From: Botryllus schlosseri
Lineage: Eukaryota
Assembly (NCBI GenBank): GCA_051294905.1
Contig: CM119379.1
Coordinates: forward strand, 26,908,001-26,972,000
Reading direction: 5' to 3'
DNA: 64,000 bases
Part shown: positions 24,183-36,410 of the stretch, in pieces
Position numbering within the stretch: position 1 is the stretch's first letter
Layout: every line of letters begins with the position of its first letter
The notes under the pieces: generated by a model
Seen by the model: only the letters and a program-made list of their open reading frames with translations
Databases searched by the model: none
What the model was told of the DNA's origin: nothing
Position numbers and translations under genes: made by a program

Positions 24183-24530
24183 CCGTAATACATTTGCATA
24201 ATAAATTCATATTTATCATCAGAAGATTTTTGAGCTGACATCCATCAGGGGTTAGGCTGCAGTGCCAAAATTAAAACTTCGTTAACAAAACTTTGCTTAT
24301 CCAAAGTAAAAAATAAGGCCTAGTTTTGCCTAAAAACTGAAAATAGTAAAGTGTAGGTTATCCGAAATCATTAGAAAGTAGATCAAGTAGGCAAAATCTA
24401 CTTGAGCACTTTGAAAAGGTAGAAGTACTCCGATTCTGACCTCCTATGGGGCAACCCCTGATAAGTGTCAGCTCGGATAGCTTCGATAATAAATACAAAT
24501 ATATTACTCAAATACATTATGAGGATCTGT
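24183..24530. mobile_element. Hammerhead-repeat subfamily 2, head-to-head inverted pair, 105 bp downstream of the COUP-TF stop
   Basis: plus aacccCTGATAAgtgtcagctcGGATAgctTC (24453-24484); minus aacccCTGATGGatgtcagctcAAAAatctTC (24253-24222); shared AT-rich tails. Confidence 0.6.
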
Positions 24531-24634
24531 ACTCCTAAAAATCCATCCGTAATAACTCTTCACTCTTGGAAAGCTTTGCCGGCCGACTGCAGCTCTTACG
24601 CGCATCTCCCGCGCGCATGACATCAGATCCGTTA

Positions 24635-24915
24635 TCATTGCAAGGGCATGGGTGGATACTGCCATCCGTATGAGCCTCCAGAAAGCAACATGTCTCGTAT
24701 CAGCGTCTCGATCGGAGTTTTTCCTACTAGGCGAACGAAAAACAGTTGTTCGATCATTCCGGCGCTCACGGTTCGCAGAGAAGGAAGTCGAAGCAAGAGC
24801 TTGCCGAACCGAGTCGGTTGGTTCGGGTACTGGGTGCGAACGTATTCTTCCAGGGCGCATTGAGATTTCTCCTGGACGCTTTCGATGTGGGAAGCGTCGT
24901 TCAAACCGTGCGCGT
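24635..24915 (-). CDS. NR2F: COUP-TF nuclear receptor exon 4 (LBD C-terminus, AF-2, stop)
   Basis: ttacag acceptor phase 1; (D)[50 protein letters not shown]...[20 protein letters not shown]; TGA TAA stops. Confidence 0.98.
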
Positions 24916-25529
24916 CTGTAACAAGATGTGACCACAGATAACAAACATACGCCTATATGAGCAACAGTAACTGCACGGTTGGGTAACCAGATGACACTAG
25001 AAATCCGTAGTATTGACCCATTCCTTATTATAGCTTACAGACGAAAGTCGATAAAAATGTCATCATTGGTGTTCGGATAGAAGTAGAACGACGTAAATTT
25101 ATACACTAGGGTACAAGAAGAATTGGCGGTTTCCGAGTAAGTAAAAAAGTAAGTAATCTAGGCCTGGACTTGCCGAAAAATTGTTCAAACCAGTCCGTAC
25201 GCGTCTGAAATAAGAAATCTTGACCATGGATAGCTAACCTCGTGTTGATGCGCAACGCGTGAGTACAAGTAGGCCTACATCTAGAAGTAGCGATTTCAAA
25301 GTAAGTATTCTAAGGGTTGTTTCCCTAAAAAAAAACTACGAACTGTTGAGTAGAAGTAGTCTGAAATCGTAACCACTTTAGCAATGATCGGGAGCAGCCC
25401 CAAACCATTTTAGTACTCTGAAAAAGTAGGCGAACTTTACTGCATACCACTAGGTTTGCAAACTTTGTAACTTATTTTTTTTAATTTCATCGGGTAACCC
25501 ATCAATCAATCAGGTTTATTAATATTTTC

Positions 25530-25850
25530 ATCGTTTCAAAACATCACAAGACTGCGATACAATGAAAAGATAGGAAGGTGTCGAAACAACTTGGAGTAGC
25601 CTTTAAGATCAGACACCCACCTGCGTGTCGTTCTACATCCTCCTATCTGTTCATGACATCGCATTGTGTCTTATCGCATTGTACATTGTGTGTGACTTGT
25701 TCAGATAAAAATATAACCCAACCATGTTATGTTATGTTAAGCCTAGGCGAAGTAAATAAAAGGCATGCACAGTCTGCACACTGAATGAAAAGTAATGCAG
25801 AGAATTAATACGCAAGCGACAAAATGAGGTGGCATGTGGCGGATTATTGG
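25530..25850 (+). mobile_element. Unclassified ~300-bp repeat family E
   Basis: Core actgcgatacaatgaaaagataggaaggtgtcgaaacaacttggagtag; copies at 10905-10985, 46720-47625(-), 48490-49060(-), 58780-58980, 61860-62360(-). Confidence 0.65.
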
Positions 25851-28243
25851 GTTGCCTAAAACGACCGCTGCACATCGATGCATTTGTGTATCATAATGCA
25901 TGTGTTCGTTACTGATCACCAGTGCTTACTCGTGTCCAGATGAGGCCTTTCTAATTTCTGGTATTCCATGTCAAAACGTAGCAATGACTGCAGGACTGTT
26001 CTAATAAATATTCCAAAGTGTTGGAAATGCACCTTAAGTTAGATGCCATACGTTATCGACTGAATAGATCAGGGTTATCTGTGAAGGTGCTAGTTATCGT
26101 TTTATCGGTATCGGCTAAAAAAACAATAACGGTCAGGTTCAAGTCGCAAATTCGGTAATACGGAATTAATTATTCACCGGGAGATGGCGAGTGAGAGTCA
26201 AAATCAAAACTCTCGGAATGTCGAGATTGTCTTGGCTAAATCGCTACAGATACAATCGCTTGAGGCACACAGGTCAGCTCAACAAGCCTACGTTTTGAAT
26301 ACTAATATTGTAAGATCCAATAAACGAAATGCCATCGCGTTTGATTGACTGATGCGCACGACACGCAGAGACATATCTAATTACTGCGTATAGCAGCTCA
26401 GCGTCCCTCTGGGAACAGACAACTTGCGGTTCAAGGCTGCCTTGTAGGCTTGTAGGATTACGATAGCTGTCATTTATCGCCTTGTTCTTATTGTAGGCGG
26501 CAATCAAACAGGGGCGACAGTTCACAACCTCGCCATTCGCAGCCCGGTAAGCCCAGAACAGCGTTCGCTTGAGTGTAATAACTCGCATGCGAATTCCTAC
26601 GAGAGGCCAGAGCTGGTCACGCGGTGATGAATTCATATTTCGGACGCCATTTTGAATTTCAAGACTCTGTTGCATTTGATGGCGTGTCAAGGCCTTTCCC
26701 ACGTTGCACGTTATCAATAGGACTAGGTCTGCGCAAAATCGACAACCTGCGTAATTCGATTCAAGTATTCAAGTATTCAAGTATTGATGATGTGATAAGT
26801 TCAAATATGTGTCTTTTACGCGATCACAATGAATATAATACCAGTTATCCATCACATAAATATAATTTGTAGAATTGTAACACATGAATGCATGGATTTC
26901 TGCATTCGTTGCATTTGAATTTGACCGGCACGCCACCGAATTTTAGGCTGTTAAACTGCAGGTACGATGATCAGATAGACTTTGACCTTTGTATCTGCGT
27001 GTTTGACACAGGCCGTAATCTTAACGCTGATATTTGAACAGAAGTGATAATCGACCAATACTTTAGAAGGGTCAGCAAACAGAATGGTTCGGGGAATACC
27101 AAATGCGATACGACGTGATTGACGGTTACCCGACATTTGCGTATGCGACACAATAAAATACTACAATTTTGCATGTGATGCTTGAGCATAAGACTTTATC
27201 GCCCCGAAAATAACCCTAGCGTCAACATTAACCCCGGAAGTATAACCCTAACCCTTGACCGAACCCTAACCCTGTTTTAACGCTTATGTATATCCTAGCC
27301 CCAACCCTAACCCAAAATCTAGCCGCTCCTACCGTGTGTGGAGAGAGATGAGCAATTGAGAGATTTGGATTCGAAAACACGGGATTTGATGAATTCGACC
27401 GGATTTTGAATCTGGACTTGAAGTAGGACATGAAATTTCTAAATATTTTGAATTTTCCCGCGGCTTTCGAATAAAAATTCCTGGCATCACCGGATTCGGA
27501 CTTGGATCTGAACTTGATATTAATATTATTGTTATTTCTAAAACCAGTGGGCTGGGTACCTATCTAACCGGTCTAAAGGCTTTTGCGCCGCGGACGCTAT
27601 ACGCCATTAGATAACATACTATTGCTAGAGAAAGGACATTCATGAATCATTACCAAAATAACATACTGCATATGTGATATAAACACTATAAACAGGTTTT
27701 AAAATGATTTATTATAACGACTGGTATTTGGATTGGAATCTCAAATCTCACGATACTAAATCCGCTCATATATGGTGTGGATATTATTCGCGAATCACGT
27801 GGTTTATGGAGACGATTTTCTGTGAATTAAGACAAATCCTTCAAACGAAATAAAATCGACTCAGGTTTCATTGATTATTCCATAACGAAGTCGGATTACT
27901 GTGCGTTGATAACGTGAACAAGCGAAATGTTTTGCTACAGATAACTAACCTACGTTATCTTTAGTTGGTTATCTATAGTTTTACGCGGTTTTGATTGACA
28001 GGAATGTATAACGTTAGCAGCAGATGTCACAAATCTCAGAAGCTATCGGCAGATGAGTCAGATTAATAATACAATAATGGCGCCCTCTAAACTGCATCAG
28101 CGCGCACTACGCAGTAGTGGCGAACGTATCAAATTCGCGCGATTGCTCTTACTCACGCCGTAAATCGATTCGGTTCGTAGCGACAAATCGCGCTGCGAGA
28201 TTTTATCTCGTCAACCGCGTCACGTAGTCGACAGCCAACCATT

Positions 28244-29187
28244 CAGAGTTGTGCAAACTAGCGGATTTTCAAATGAGAAACTAGAACTAGAACTAAACAC
28301 TTTTCAAACCTAGCAAGTAGAACTAATCCCTTTTTAAAACACGTAACTAGAACTAGAGCTGGAACTAGTCACTTTTCATAACTCGCAGCTATGACCAAGG
28401 AACTAGAACTACGACCCTTAAAATCCGCAACTTTGTAAATAAAACATAACAAACTGGGTTCTTAAGTAGAGCTGAGAAATATGGGAGATTGGATCGGCAT
28501 TCCAAAAGAACTAGAACTACTAACTTTCGAAATTCCGCAACTAGAATTAGAACTACTCACTTTTCAAAACACGCAACCAGAAAGTGAGAAAATTTGATAT
28601 ATTATTAATGCGAACCATTCAATATCACCGAGCAGAGTTAAAAAAGTGGGTTTAGGAAGACTTTAACTGGAAACTGAGCAGTCAACACAATGACTTGGAC
28701 TCGGACTCGAGTCATAATACCATGACTCGGACTCGATCCTCTGTTCGCTGACTTGGACTCGGACTTGACTCGGTGGGAATTGAAAATGACTCGACTTGAC
28801 TCGAGTCAAAAATATAAAAATGAGATTGACTTGTGACTCGGAGCCTTGTGACTTGGTTACAACCCTGGTTCTTAATTAGAGCTGAGAAATATGGGAGATT
28901 GGGTCGGCATTCCAAAAGAACTAGAACTACTAACTTTCGAAATTCCGCAACTAGAATTAGAACTACCCACTATTCAAAACACACAACCAGAACCATCGAA
29001 CTAGGACTGCGACCCTTAAAAAGACGCAACTAACGAACTAAAACCCAACAAACCAGATTCTTAACTAGGTGTAAGAAATATCAGAGATAGAATCGACGTT
29101 TCAAAATAACTAAAACTACCGCTAGAACTAGAATTAAAATTACTGAAACAAGTAGTTAGTTACTTTATTAGTAGATTGTAAAGTCTG
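28244..29187. mobile_element. hAT-like MITE with internal ctagaact minisatellite, containing a duplication and a one-ended MITE
   Basis: TIR-like cagagttgtgcaaacta / tagattgtaaagtctg; same family as 63276-63495. Confidence 0.7.
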
Positions 29188-31360
29188 CAATTTTTCAGAG
29201 CTGATATTATTAATCGCGCCCCCAAATCTCAAGGTACCATCATGCCATCATGTACGAGGGTTTTAAAATACCTTCGTGACGTCACGTTTCGTATATTTCG
29301 TACGAAATGCGACCACCGAGTTTTGAGATAATCGGCTTCCGACGCGCGTCTACTGTGGCATTGTTTACGTAACAATCGACAAAATTGTTAGTTGCCAGAG
29401 GGCACAGATAACAAGTTCAATCGAGGTTGACCTCGGTTCAACTCGGCGCTTTATCATGACGCGCAAGTTTCGCAAATACTCAAATCTCAATATCACAATT
29501 TCGGGACGACATTGTTTTCCTACAAAATTTCGCAGTATTTTAATTAATTTGTTTATTTTCCACACGCCTGGTCAGTTACATTTTCATTTTTGTCGCCAAC
29601 GCTAGAATGAACATTCATCAAACACAGCACTTGCTGAATATTAATATATAACTATTCTATACAAATTTTAATGAAAATTATTTGCTACTTCCCAAATGGT
29701 TGGGGTCGCATTTTAGGAATTTCAGTCGAATAATCAGCGCGTTTTGGTCGTTTATTGGACATTGTTACATCGAGCTGCAAACTAATTCGATTCAAAGGCG
29801 CGAAAAGGCAGGAATTTCACAGAGACTCTAGTGACCTCATGGTCGATCGACATGATGATCAGTATTTATACAAAGTATTTAACATAATAAGCTAATATAA
29901 TAATAATATTATTAATAATAATATTTTAACTGCCACGAAGAAAATTTTGAAAAAATCTCTGTCACTCGACTCGCGATTTGACTTGAGATACTTTGAAACA
30001 ACTCGACTTGACCCAAAATTTGCGATTCGAGGACTTTAAATTTGCGCGAATTTGAGACGACTTGACTCGAGTCGCTTTGAAAATTTCTGTCATTTGACTG
30101 GTGATTCGACTTTTTAAACGACCCTTTTAGACGGTTTTCAGTTTCATACCCTAAGTTCAGCTAAAAATGCCAACATTTCGAAAACTTTCAGGCACACCTT
30201 CAAATCACAGTGAGATCACGTGACCGCCTCCTTTGTCGGCCATTTTGTCTCAAAATTTTATCAATATTTGATCTTTCTGTTTTGTTCTCGCTAAATTTCC
30301 GCGAATCAACAGTTTTTTTGCTGTCGCTTCAAAGTTTGACCCGAATCGTTTTTTTTTGTTGAATTCAATTACACCACGGCTGCAAAATATTCTACCGTTT
30401 TAGATTTCGCGTTTGCGATGAATATTGATGCTGTTTAGGTTTGACGACTTTACAAATTTGGTCTTTGTCGCGAAACAATTCAATAACATTCGCGAGCGTG
30501 ACTGATTGGTCCCCGAAAGGCTGGCGTAGGAAATAAAATTAAATTTTTCATGAGATTATATTATGAAGCGGCAATTTTTTCTGCCTATATACGTCCGAGC
30601 TGACCACGCAATGCAATGTAAATGAAAATCATGTATTTTAACGATTTCCACCATATCGCAGGCTGTAAATCGGGTAATTTGAACTTTCTAAATACAAAAT
30701 TCTGCTTTTCAATCATTCCAAAGGGTAAAACGAGTCACTATATAACTCAAGGCGGTAGATCCAAGGGATGGGATAGGGTGTGATTTCATATTCCACCCCG
30801 CGAAGGTGCATACAGGTGGTAAATGGAACAATACACCCCTGTGATATAGCTCGATGGAAATTAGTGTATTTACTCGATTTTACACATTGCAATGGGCGTG
30901 AAAGCAAAATATGCACCAGAAAGTTCCGTTTACCTGACTTAAACCCCAAACTACGACGGAAATTTGATTTATACGCCTATTTTACACACGTGTATTTAAA
31001 TAGTTACCACTGAGTTCGGAACTTGGTGCTTTTGACATTAGAAATGTAAAAACTATTATTTTCGTAAAAGCGATGAGTCAATATTGTGTTAATAAATTCG
31101 AAAATGAATATTTCACGGAATATAAACGTGAAATCTGCTATAGGCCTATACGACACTTGGTGACTCCTGCATCCTAAATTTAGCACATGGTATATGTTTG
31201 TATGTATTATTGTTATTGTGGTTTGGGTTACAGTTAGGTTAAGGGTAGGTAGGTACGGTAAGATTAGGGGTCGCCAAGTGCCGATTTTACTAGTAACTAT
31301 ATTTAAAGTGCTCAAATCCCGACTACGGGGCTACAATACGCATATAAGTATACAACCAAC

Positions 31361-31885
31361 CTGCCGTGAACAACACAATAGCCTTGAGACACGAATACTC
31401 CGCAGAGTCGACATGAAGAGCCTTCAGTTTCTCCACTTGTTCTTGAAATACCCGAATGTTTTCCATGAATGTCATCACCCTATCCGCACTCATAGTACTG
31501 TGAAGTCCGGCGGCTGCCAGTAGAGGCGGAACATGCAAGGGCATGTGGCACTGGGCCGCGTTCAGCACGAAAAGTTCGCTCCACACCCATTTCAACATGG
31601 CCACTTGGTCCGTGACTTGAAGGTCGGGGAAAAAAGGTATGTTTCTGGCCCATTCCACAGCGGAAAACAAAAGCCTAGCGGCCAGTTCGCAAATGTTATC
31701 AATTCCCATCACGTGATTAGAAGGGTGACACTGCAGCCCGAAGCGCGATGTCGGGTATGGCTCCGCTCTTAGGAGTAAGGAAATGTACCCGGACAGGTAC
31801 CCGTGTCCCATCACTGGTTCGCCATTCGTGATAGCGTACTGCCCAGGATGGGGCTGCGTTGGGGGCATCCTCCCGCGCTGCACGG
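31361..31885 (-). CDS. NR2F: COUP-TF exon 3 (hinge and LBD)
   Basis: ttcag acceptor, G|GTTGGT donor, 525 nt, phase 1/1; (A)VQRGR...[13 protein letters not shown]...[27 protein letters not shown]...[11 protein letters not shown]. Confidence 0.98.
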
Positions 31886-31959
31886 CTGAAAAACGGATGC
31901 CTTGTATTAATAACAGAGGTTGTATCTCTGTCCTGTTGTAATATTGTTTACTTCTATGC

Positions 31960-32661
31960 CAGTGGTTCTTAATGGGGCATAGATAATTCTAGTTGCAAAT
32001 CATACTATACTAAGAGCAAAATGTGGTTAATCTAATTCTAGTCTATCATTTGTGAAATGTTGATGGTCTCATTTTAATTCCAATCTTATTTCCGGTTTAC
32101 CTGAAAATGCTACAGGAGAACTGTCTATTGCGAAGCGAGCCAAGCTTGCTATACAAAGATGTGCCATTCTCGTGCTTATCAGAATGAACTTGATATGAAT
32201 TTGATATGAACTGAACTTGATTTTTGTAGTATTTCTACCTAATTCGGAATTGCAATATGTTTCAAAGTTTTTGTGAATTCAGAATTTGTAATCTAATTCG
32301 AAAAACAGCGTTGCTATCATTCCAAGTCCAATCAAATTTGGAAAAAACGGTTTTCCTATAATTCTAATTTTAATCTTGTTTGGACAAGCTGGAAATTTTC
32401 CAGTAGTCGAACTCTGCGCTGGAGGTCAAGACTCCCAAACCAATCACACAGGAGAAGTCAAATATTGCAGTAAATATTAAGTGTTATATCTTTGTATAAA
32501 AATCTGTTTAATTACATAGTTCTTCTAACACTGTTGTCATGCGCAGTTCATTTTGTGCACAGTATTCTATAATACCGTATTAGATGTGTAACGTGGTACA
32601 TGTTGTTGCGACTAGGCTATAATTTTGGGTTAGCCAGGTTAGAAAAATTTCAAAACCACTG
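31960..32661. mobile_element. hAT (Buster-type) MITE with nested family-B element, COUP-TF intron 2
   Basis: cagtggttcttaa ... aaaaccactg; TSD ttctatgc/ctctatgc (7/8). Confidence 0.8.
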
Positions 32662-34078
32662 CTCTATGCTAAGGTATAGGTGCCGGCGATTTTATCGCCC
32701 AAGTTCACGCAAGTGCGCGCAATAAAACCGCGAGCTTTGACCTTGAACTTGTCACGGAGAACTTGCTTCAACCCGTGCGCCAAAATTCTCGGCTAAGATT
32801 AGGTAACTAGGTTCGAGGGTCAACTGTTGTGATCTTCGACAATCAGATAGCGTACGACATGATGAAACTTGCGCGTTCAATGCCAACGATTATGTTTGAT
32901 CTCGACCGGGTAATGGCGATTCTCAAATGATACTGGAATCAATCATTGTGGCAGATTTTGTAAGTTGCGAAACTACGGACACTTTCCGGTTTTTACTCCT
33001 TAATTTTTATTTATTTATTCAAGTTTCATTTGCTATCGACAAAGCCCATACGCGGATTTTGAAAAGAGAGAACCATTTTTCTTGCACATCATATTAACAG
33101 ATGCGATCATCACAATCTAGCCCGCTATAAGCCGGTGTCAATCGAGTTCATAGGTATATTATGATTAAATAGAGAAGGGTGTTATTACGTAAATAAACGA
33201 GCTATAAAATGGTCGTTGTGGTGTTTATCTAGATCTCAATAACTGGTCATTTGCGATGACCTTGCCCGAGGGACGCGGAATATCCTGCGCAAAGCTTCGC
33301 TCGGCCGAGATATGTCGAAGGCTGCTGGTCAACTATATAGTATATACGTTCTCACTGACCAGAGTTTGAACAGCTAACTACGTAGTTTTTTTTCGAATGA
33401 TATTACAATCAGAGATACTGAATTCGTAAAAACTTGGAAATTGAATTCAATTCCGAAATAGAAAGAGATATAACAAAAAATTTGGTTCACTTTGTATCAA
33501 ATCATAGTTCTCACAAGCACTAGAATGGCAAATGTCTGTACACCAAGCTCGCACCATACGGTTATCTTGTAGCATTATCTGAAAATCCAAAAAAGTAGAC
33601 GATATTCCAAATGAAAACATAGAAACATTTCACAAATTAGATGACAATATCAATGTACTGATGAACTTTGTAAAATTGTTCACATTTGACGTGCAAGTAT
33701 GAAAATAACCGCGCTGCGAAACGCACGCTTTGCTCTTTGATGTTCTGTGTTAGTATTTTTGAGGGCCCGTATTACAAATAGTTGTTTATAACCCGGATGA
33801 ATATTTAATGAGCTGTTCATTTAAACCGATTGTCGCATCAAATTAATAATGCACATTGTTATAAATTGATAACCCAGTATATCGGTGTTGTAAACAAACG
33901 CGATTTTACGGTTCGACAAAAAAAAGATTCTACAACGCACACGCATCGCAAATTGAGGATAAATATTGGCAAAATTATCTTTCAGACACGGGAAAAAGTC
34001 TTTTTGCTATCGCGAGACGTGGTCCACGATTTGTGGCTGCTTGAAAGTATTTTGTCACAATTTTATGGCCGGTCAGAG

Positions 34079-34417
34079 CAGACTTGGACAACTAGATAAT
34101 TAGACTAATTACCGATAATCTCATTTGTGAAATGTTTCATTCTAATCTAATATCTTTCATTCTTTTACAATTTACAGGAGAATTTTAAAGTGAGAAATAA
34201 GGCAATATTTACGTACAGACATTTGCCATTCTCGTGTCATGGGATTCAACTCTGATTTGATACGAACTGAACTTGATTTTTGTTGTATTTGTTTTTAATT
34301 CGGTTTTTTGCGATTTCAATGATTCTAATTAGAATCTAATTCGAAAAAACTGTGTAGCTATCACTTTAATTCTAATATAATTAGGAAAAGCTGAAATTTT
34401 GTAATTGTCCAAATCCG
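34079..34417. mobile_element. Family-B MITE (most abundant repeat, 13 or more copies)
   Basis: TIR cagacttggacaact / attgtccaaatccg; core gcttggtgtacagacatttgccattctcgtg; other copies ~1810-2147, 3555-3712, 11030-11155, 11955-12330, 16095-16775, 31977-32417, 33345-33700, 39452-39727, 44325-44500, 50270-50645, 54495-54705, 54775-55131, 59030-59372. Confidence 0.75.
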
Positions 34418-34766
34418 GCTCAGCTCCCACACCATGGAAAATATATTAACTACCGATTATCTATTACCTTCGCTGTGGGAATCCATAACGATGACAAAGA
34501 GACAGTGCTAAATGTTTAGTGGACTGTATTTACCTTTCGCAATATCGATTCGATTAGCAGCTGTTAAATCGTGACGCAAAAGACCATAGTTGTAATACGC
34601 GTCACTACAATTTTTTTTAAATATAATAATAATAATAATAACTCCCACACCTCTAACGGCGGCAGAAACAAAATCACCCCATACATCCCTGAAGGTGATT
34701 TAGCCTTAGGTCAACGCACTTAAAGTCTAGGCTTGTAGCTATAATCAAGCTCATGACCCATCACAC

Positions 34767-34968
34767 CTTCCCTCCTCATGCCCACTTTCATGCATTTCCT
34801 CAGCCGGCAGTACTGGCACTGGTTCCTGTGGTGCTGGTCCATCGGGCAGTTTCTGTTCCCCCTGCATGTGTAGCTGAGGTTGCGACGTACGCTTCTCTTG
34901 AAGAAACTCTTACAGCCTTCGCAAGTGTACTGCCCGTAATGCTTGCCGCTGGACTTGTCGCCGCACAC
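34767..34968 (-). CDS. NR2F: COUP-TF exon 2 (C4 zinc-finger DNA-binding domain)
   Basis: gttcag acceptor phase 0, G|GTGTGA donor phase 1; [61 protein letters not shown]2F P-box EGCKS. Confidence 0.98.
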
Positions 34969-35289
34969 CTGAACCGTACGCGCGATAGGGCGAAAATGTT
35001 AGTGCTAGGCAATGAAGCAAGGTTGGAATACGAACATAACGCGTTTACAAAGGGCTACCCGTGATATACACTCGTGGTAATGAAACCAGAACCTACTTCA
35101 GACTACACTTACACTTACACAACGGTATGAATCAAACACAACATTGCAAATGATACTTGCACGTAGGGACGTAGTCAGGTATTTACGTAAGCAGGCAGGA
35201 GTTATTACCGCGATATCATTCTGAGTTAAGTTCTGTTTTCATGTGCCACGTTTTGGATGTGAATACACACTTTTCCGAGAATATAGCAG

Positions 35290-35820
35290 TCGGTCAATCG
35301 GTCAGTAACAATGTGTACTTCTACTTTTTCGGGGTGCTCGAGTGTATTTTGCCATGTGTTGTAGTACGTCTACTTCTGCAATTAACAGATTTTAATTTTT
35401 TCGGCAAAACCCTAGAATAAGTACTTTTTTACTTACGAGGTAGAAATCAGAGAGAGTATGTATCACCTTCCTTCATCATTCATTCAAGTTGTTATGTTTT
35501 TAATACTTCCACTTCTGTACCTTTCAGGTTTTCAGGCAAAACTAGGCCTAGCACTTACTTTTCACAAACTTTACTTTTACTTTCGGGGTAGAAATCAGAG
35601 CCGGTCAGTAACGAAGTACCTTTTCTTTTTTCATAGTAATCAAGTAGATTTTGCCTATGTGCACAAGTGGTTATGATACTAGACTACTTCTACTTCTACA
35701 TAACAGGATATTAGTCAAAACTAGACTTGGATTACTTACATTTTTATTTGTAAATCCCTGCTTCTATTTGTTCTCGAGTAAAAAATGATCACATTACTTG
35801 TACTTTTACTTAAGTACCAA
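35290..35820. repeat. AGTA/TACT-rich dispersed repeat (probable MITE family)
   Basis: tacttctact/aagtaagta motifs; similar tracts at 2680-2830, 25060-25450, 48150-48330, 51250-51700 and 55960-56300. Confidence 0.45.
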
Positions 35821-35856
35821 TAAAACTTTGACCACAGTATACGAAAAGGAACTCAC

Positions 35857-36252
35857 CACACATTCGATATGAGTCTTGTCTCCATTTGTGCTATTCGCAG
35901 ACCCGTTCGGTTGAGGCCTTGTCAACCCCGTATCACTGTTTGCCCCCAAGCTGTTACCCAAACTCCCATCACTAACAACCGACTGTCCTCCCGGGGTTGT
36001 AGGTGTTTGTGGGGGTCCGTTACAGGGAACCTCGCTCATAGGAGGTGGGACTACATGTTGTGGGGTGGTCGGTAATGAGGGTACGTGTTGGGTTAGGATG
36101 GCTCCGACTTGAGCCTGTGGCGTCAAATTATTGTGGTGGGAGGGTCCGGGATCGTGTGGGGTTGGAGGGGGTCGTTGCGTCATGGTCATGTCGTCGGGTG
36201 GGGGATGATGTTGGGGCGGGGGTTCTCGCCACGCACTTGCGACCATCGCCAT
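35857..36252 (-). CDS. NR2F: COUP-TF exon 1 (Pro/His-rich A/B domain); alternative in-frame ATG at 36270
   Basis: MAMVASAWREP resembles the conserved NR2F N-terminus (MAMVVSxWRDP); ends HIECV|GTGAGT, joining VCGDK in phase 0; assembled CDS 1404 nt = 467 aa plus stop. Confidence 0.93.
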
Positions 36253-36410
36253 ATTTGGCGCTAGCTTCATTGTGTCGACATGATTCGTTCCGATAGCGTG
36301 ATAAAATCGATCCGATAAGCAGCACATGAAAATAATGAAACGCAAATTGAACGAAATATGTTGCTTCAATTTGATTTTTCCGTCAATTATATTTTACGTA
36401 CGCATTACAT

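Noticed and set aside
24504-36325. ORFs overlapping COUP-TF exons in other frames or strands (24504-24944, 24652-24921, 31533-31772, 34753-35064, 36045-36296 etc.)
   Set aside because: Explained by codon bias of the real exons
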